NCBI GenBank assembly: GCA_963835065.1
Contig: CAWIEK010000034.1
Coordinates: 1-64,000, forward strand
Length of the DNA stretch: 64,000 nucleotides
DNA from: an uncultured Chthonomonadaceae bacterium
GTDB lineage: Bacteria > Armatimonadota > Chthonomonadetes > Chthonomonadales > Chthonomonadaceae
Direction of reading: 5' to 3'
The position numbers and the translations under genes were made by a program. This document shows positions 61,049-64,000 of the stretch, one piece after another (the stretch's first letter is position 1; every line of letters begins with the position of its first letter). Below the pieces are notes generated by a model, which worked only from the letters and a program-made list of their open reading frames with translations, ran no database searches and had not been told where the DNA came from.

Positions 61049-63355
61049 TTAGTTGCGGCTGCGTCCCCGTCCCGTCAGGATGTCCTGCGGGGTGGAAACG
61101 TGTGTGCCGTTGATGGACCGGCGCGACCCCGGCAGGGGCAGAACGGCGCGCGAAGCCGCATTATTCCGGTTCAGGAGGCCCGCCACTTTGGACGTGCTGC
61201 CGGGATTACCGGGGGGCAGCGGAACCGGCTGGAACGGAATAATCTGGCTGTACACGAACCGGAAGGTGCGGTCATTATCGGAAGCGTTCAGGCTCAGGAC
61301 ATTGATCGGGCCGGGACTGTCTTCGTCATGCCGCGCGCCGACGCGCAGGTACAGCGTCGGCAATTGCGGCGTGGTCGTGCTGTTGGTGTTGCCGACGAAG
61401 TTGGAAAACGTCTGGTTTGACAGCAGTTCCGTCGCCTGGGTCAGGTTGATAGGCGTAGTCAGGTTTTGCGCTACGCCGTCCTGCGTGGCGGCGGTGGAAA
61501 TCAACTGCTGGCGGAAAACCGTTTTCGGGTTGGAAAACGTTCGATCCGTAGACACTTCGATCTGGAACAGGTCTGCGCCCTGGCGACTGCCGAAGGAGGG
61601 GGCAAACGTGCGCAGGTCAACGTTGGTGGCGCCTGTGATCGGCGTGGAAATCAGAACCGGATTGATGGGTGTGGCAAGGCCGGTGCGAATCGGATCGGTT
61701 TCGATGCACTGGCTGCTGCCCTGGTTGCCCGTGCCGTTGCCGCCGCCGTTGCCGCCGCCGTTGCCGCCGCCGCCAACGCCACCGCCACCGCCCACGCTGC
61801 CGCCGCCGCCGCCGCCCGTGCCAACGGAGCCGCCTGCGCCGCCGCCACCGAGGCCGCCTGTGCCACCGCCGCCCTGACCGCCACCGGAATCCTGCGTCAC
61901 GATCTGGCGCAGAATAATGGCGGTGATTTCATAACGGTAGCTGCGTCCGGGCGTAAAGCCCAGGTCAATGGTGGTCGTTCCCGAACCACAGCCGCCCTGC
62001 GTGTTGGTGCCGCCACCGCCGCCGCCGTTGGTGTTACCGCCAGAAGAAACGCCGCCCGTGTTGTTGCCGCCGTTGCTTTGCGCAACCAGGAAGCTTCCCG
62101 TCGCGAACGTGAAATTGGGCGAGGGGCGATCAATGAACTCTCGAGTGCTCGCCGCAGATACGCCGACCGGAACGGCGGTATTGATGGCGGTAGTGGTTCC
62201 ACCGCCGTTGCCGCCGCCGTTGTTGCTGCCGCTGCCGGGCGAGGTGAACGGAAAGTCCGGGTCGCGGTAAATCTTGTATTGCAGAACGCCCGCCTGCCCG
62301 AAGATGTTGTCGTTGTAGCGCACGCGCACAGCCGGGGCCGTGCTTTCCGTCGTGGCTTCCGCGGTGGCGTTGGTTAGCGAACCCTGGCCGCCCTTGATAG
62401 CAACCGCAATCAGTACGCCCAATCCCAGTACGGCCAGCGTTTTGCCCACCGTGCTGAAGTTGACGCGGGTGCTGCGCTCGTTGCTTTGATGGAAATTCTG
62501 TAGGTCGAGCGCGAAAGCGGGCCGGTACAGCGCGCGGGCGATGTTTTCCGGGCTGATGCCGTTGTTCAGCGTGGCGTCGCACTCGCAGTCGGTCGCATAT
62601 GCGCGGGCCACCTTGATGATGCCCTTGCTGATGGTGGAGCCGTTGGGCTGATAGCCGAGTACCAGCAGTTCATCGCCCACGTGCAGGCCGTCGCGCGTTC
62701 CCCGGTTGATAATCACGGTTTCCACGTTGATGTTGAGAACCGTTGCCGTCACCAGTTGGCGCTGCACCATCTGCCGCACCGCATCCAAACCGGCGTCGCC
62801 GATGGCGCGCGTCACGGCTTCTTCCACCGCTTCCCCGGCGCGCGGCGTTACCGCCTGGCTTACGATGGCGCCGTTGAGGGCATATTCCTTTTCGGAAATA
62901 GCGTCTACGATGGTCGTGTCAATGGCAACCGAGGTCACGCGCCCGGCTTTGTTGGTCGCGACGTTCACTCTGCCGGTCACAACGCCTTCCGCGTTCAGCG
63001 CCTTTGCCAGCCGAGTCAGGTCGGCGCGGGAAAAGTTCGCGGGCTGGTTCGGGTTGCTTGGTACGCGAATACCGATCTGCCGGGCTTCCGTAATCAGTTC
63101 CTTTTGCGGAATCGGGTTGAAGCGGCCCTGTCCCGAAGCGGTCAGCTCATTGAATACGGCATCCCGCGCCTGAGTGGCGAGAGCATCCGTCTTTTTGGTG
63201 CGGATATTCGTGAAGTCCGCCACAATCACGGTGATAGCCTGCTGCGCCTGCGCCTGCGCCGGGCGTCGGCCCAGCATCAGCATCGGTATCAGCAATGCCA
63301 CCGTCAGCAGCCACGAAATGCTTCGGGCCGCCCAACTTTTACGCAGTGAATTCAC
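61049..63355 (-). CDS. Secreted protein with CsgG/FlgT-like N-terminal domains and Gly-rich Fn3-like C-terminal region
   Basis: GTG start after GGAGGAG; signal peptide; VIVADFTN...ALNAEGVVTG; FlgT-C-like VIINRGTRDGLHVGD; YKIYR and YRYEI; long poly-Gly inserts. Confidence 0.6.
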   Translation of the reverse strand: MNSLRKSWAARSISWLLTVALLIPMLMLGRRPAQAQAQQAITVIVADFTNIRTKKTDALATQARDAVFNELTASGQGRFNPIPQKELITEARQIGIRVPSNPNQPANFSRADLTRLAKALNAEGVVTGRVNVATNKAGRVTSVAIDTTIVDAISEKEYALNGAIVSQAVTPRAGEAVEEAVTRAIGDAGLDAVRQMVQRQLVTATVLNINVETVIINRGTRDGLHVGDELLVLGYQPNGSTISKGIIKVARAYATDCECDATLNNGISPENIARALYRPAFALDLQNFHQSNERSTRVNFSTVGKTLAVLGLGVLIAVAIKGGQGSLTNATAEATTESTAPAVRVRYNDNIFGQAGVLQYKIYRDPDFPFTSPGSGSNNGGGNGGGTTTAINTAVPVGVSAASTREFIDRPSPNFTFATGSFLVAQSNGGNNTGGVSSGGNTNGGGGGGTNTQGGCGSGTTTIDLGFTPGRSYRYEITAIILRQIVTQDSGGGQGGGGTGGLGGGGAGGSVGTGGGGGGSVGGGGGVGGGGNGGGNGGGNGTGNQGSSQCIETDPIRTGLATPINPVLISTPITGATNVDLRTFAPSFGSRQGADLFQIEVSTDRTFSNPKTVFRQQLISTAATQDGVAQNLTTPINLTQATELLSNQTFSNFVGNTNSTTTPQLPTLYLRVGARHDEDSPGPINVLSLNASDNDRTFRFVYSQIIPFQPVPLPPGNPGSTSKVAGLLNRNNAASRAVLPLPGSRRSINGTHVSTPQDILTGRGRSRN

Positions 63356-63526
63356 TGTATCGTCTCCTCCTGGTGTCGGGAGTGAGCCGCAGGCCGGCGC
63401 GTGGAAAACGGGAACCAAAAGGCGCCTTTCCACATTGTTTCCACTTGCCGGCTGCTCTCAACTACGCGCTTGTTTGCCTACGTACCTGCATCTCTATCAA
63501 CTATCAACTATCAACTGATCACCAAT

Positions 63527-64000
63527 CTACCGGGTAATCAGGATGGTTCCCACCTGCCGGACGACATGGCCGTCCTCATCCGCGGCGCGCACTTCTACCG
63601 TGTAGACGTTGGCCGGAACCGCCGCGCCCCCGTCCGTTTTCAGGTCCCATGTCGCCTGGTTGTCCCCGGCGGCGCGGCTTCCTGTTGCGGTCACATTGCG
63701 GATCGCGCGGCCATTTTGCGTGATCTTGATCGCTACGGCAGCCGATTTCGTCAGATGGTAGGAGATGCTTACCGGAGCGCCCGTCGCCCGTCCATTTCCA
63801 GGCTGCACAACGGTCAGGTTGGTCAGACTGAGCGGGTTGCGGGTGGCCCGCTGCACATCCAGACGGTAGTGCTTGGCGATCACGTTCTGGCTTGCCGGGA
63901 TCACGAAGCTGGAACGGTTGCGCAGGCTGAGGGTCTGCTTGCTGTCCAGATCGGTGATTTGCATATCCTCATGGCGCGAGATCGTGGTGATGTTGGGCCA
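63527..64000 (-). CDS. C-terminus of a third protein with the shared FlgD-like module (5'-partial)
   Basis: Frame is open to the window end: WPNITT...ISYHL...WDLKTDGG..VPANVY...LITR-stop. Confidence 0.75.
   Translation of the reverse strand, partial: WPNITTISRHEDMQITDLDSKQTLSLRNRSSFVIPASQNVIAKHYRLDVQRATRNPLSLTNLTVVQPGNGRATGAPVSISYHLTKSAAVAIKITQNGRAIRNVTATGSRAAGDNQATWDLKTDGGAAVPANVYTVEVRAADEDGHVVRQVGTILITR

Overview
GC-rich bacterial chromosomal segment. Gene content and protein styles suggest Armatimonadota (inference, not verified). Core genes are lipB, tig-clpP-clpX, recX...rny-ymdB, ltaE, rpsB-tsf-pyrH and leuD. Accessory blocks are a HEPN toxin pair plus three STN-like secreted paralogs after clpX, a GH1-RmlD fusion, an intact IS982-family element, a cyanophycin operon (cphA-iaaA-cphB) and a TPR-sensor/SLOG-like/class III cyclase. 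The two best candidates for undescribed systems are: (1) two stacked cassettes after pyrH, each an unknown protein coupled to a C39-like cysteine peptidase and bounded by conserved direct repeats, one being a 36-bp copy of the pyrH 3' end; (2) a >13 kb minus-strand cluster of large exported proteins sharing a C-terminal module that ends in a FlgD-like Ig domain, encoded with CsgG/FlgT-like and LptD-like envelope proteins. Many intergenic regions carry inverted 7-9-mer tandem repeats or REP/MITE-like hairpins. Many single-base frameshifts in conserved genes indicate an indel-prone assembly, so split ORFs are mostly not treated as real pseudogenes. All product calls rest on motif recognition by eye; no searches were run.
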